From Octopus sinensis (lineage: Eukaryota), in assembly GCF_006345805.1 (NCBI RefSeq), contig NW_021827723.1, positions 1 through 10,017 on the forward strand: DNA of 10,017 bases, in the 5' to 3' direction. A program made the position numbers and the translations under genes. How positions within the stretch are numbered: the stretch's first letter is position 1; the number at the start of each line of letters is the position of its first letter. The notes below the pieces were generated by a model. It saw only the letters and a list, made by a program, of their open reading frames with translations, searched no databases and was not told where the DNA came from. Below are positions 9,811 through 10,017 of this stretch, in pieces.

Positions 9811-10017
9811 ACCATAAAAATTAATACAGAGAGTTGCTTATTTGCAAAAAAAAAATAAAAGAAAGAAATATAACATGTGATTTCATTGACCGAGGTTACC
9901 GTGGTCTTTTCCGTAGGCTTTTCTTTCCACGGGTAAACCTCACCTGTCCTCCCCTTTACACTTCATATTGACATTTCTGTGATAACGATCCCTATTGATC
10001 AACTTTTTTCCTCTCCC
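8352..10017 (+). mobile_element. L1/Tx1-clade non-LTR retrotransposon, copy 2: 5'-truncated inside RT, 3' end runs off the window
   Basis: Begins after (ATCT)3 (8340-8351) at ...EPLLRKL. ORF2 runs to the stop at 9808-9810. The 3' UTR aligns to copy 1 (6015-6200) and enters the same pyrimidine tract at ~10004. Confidence 0.93.

Overview
AT-rich, gene-free animal DNA made almost entirely of retroelements and compound microsatellites. The SINE sequences look like octopus/cephalopod repeats as I recall them (inference, not a search result). No host protein-coding gene is supportable, and the long His/Ser/Met/MYVC/LSIY ORFs are microsatellite artefacts. Contents: (i) two 5'-truncated + strand copies of an L1/Tx1-clade LINE (5301-6470 and ~8352 to the window end), both starting directly after (ATCT)n, with the copy whose 3' end is visible running into (ATCT)19; (ii) three units of tRNA-derived SINE family A (dimer 2506-2921, monomer 3521-3718), whose last 41 nt match the LINE 3' end at 34/41; (iii) two copies of SINE family B (1105-1236 +, 3190-3458 -); (iv) the 3' end of an R4/Dong-like restriction-like-endonuclease LINE (-) attached to a 680-bp trinucleotide tract; (v) two joined CR1-clade 3' ends (-); (vi) a Helitron-type 3' terminus; (vii) long microsatellites. 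Best candidate system: an (ATCT/GATA)n-targeted Tx1 retrotransposon plus a SINE that shares its 3' tail.
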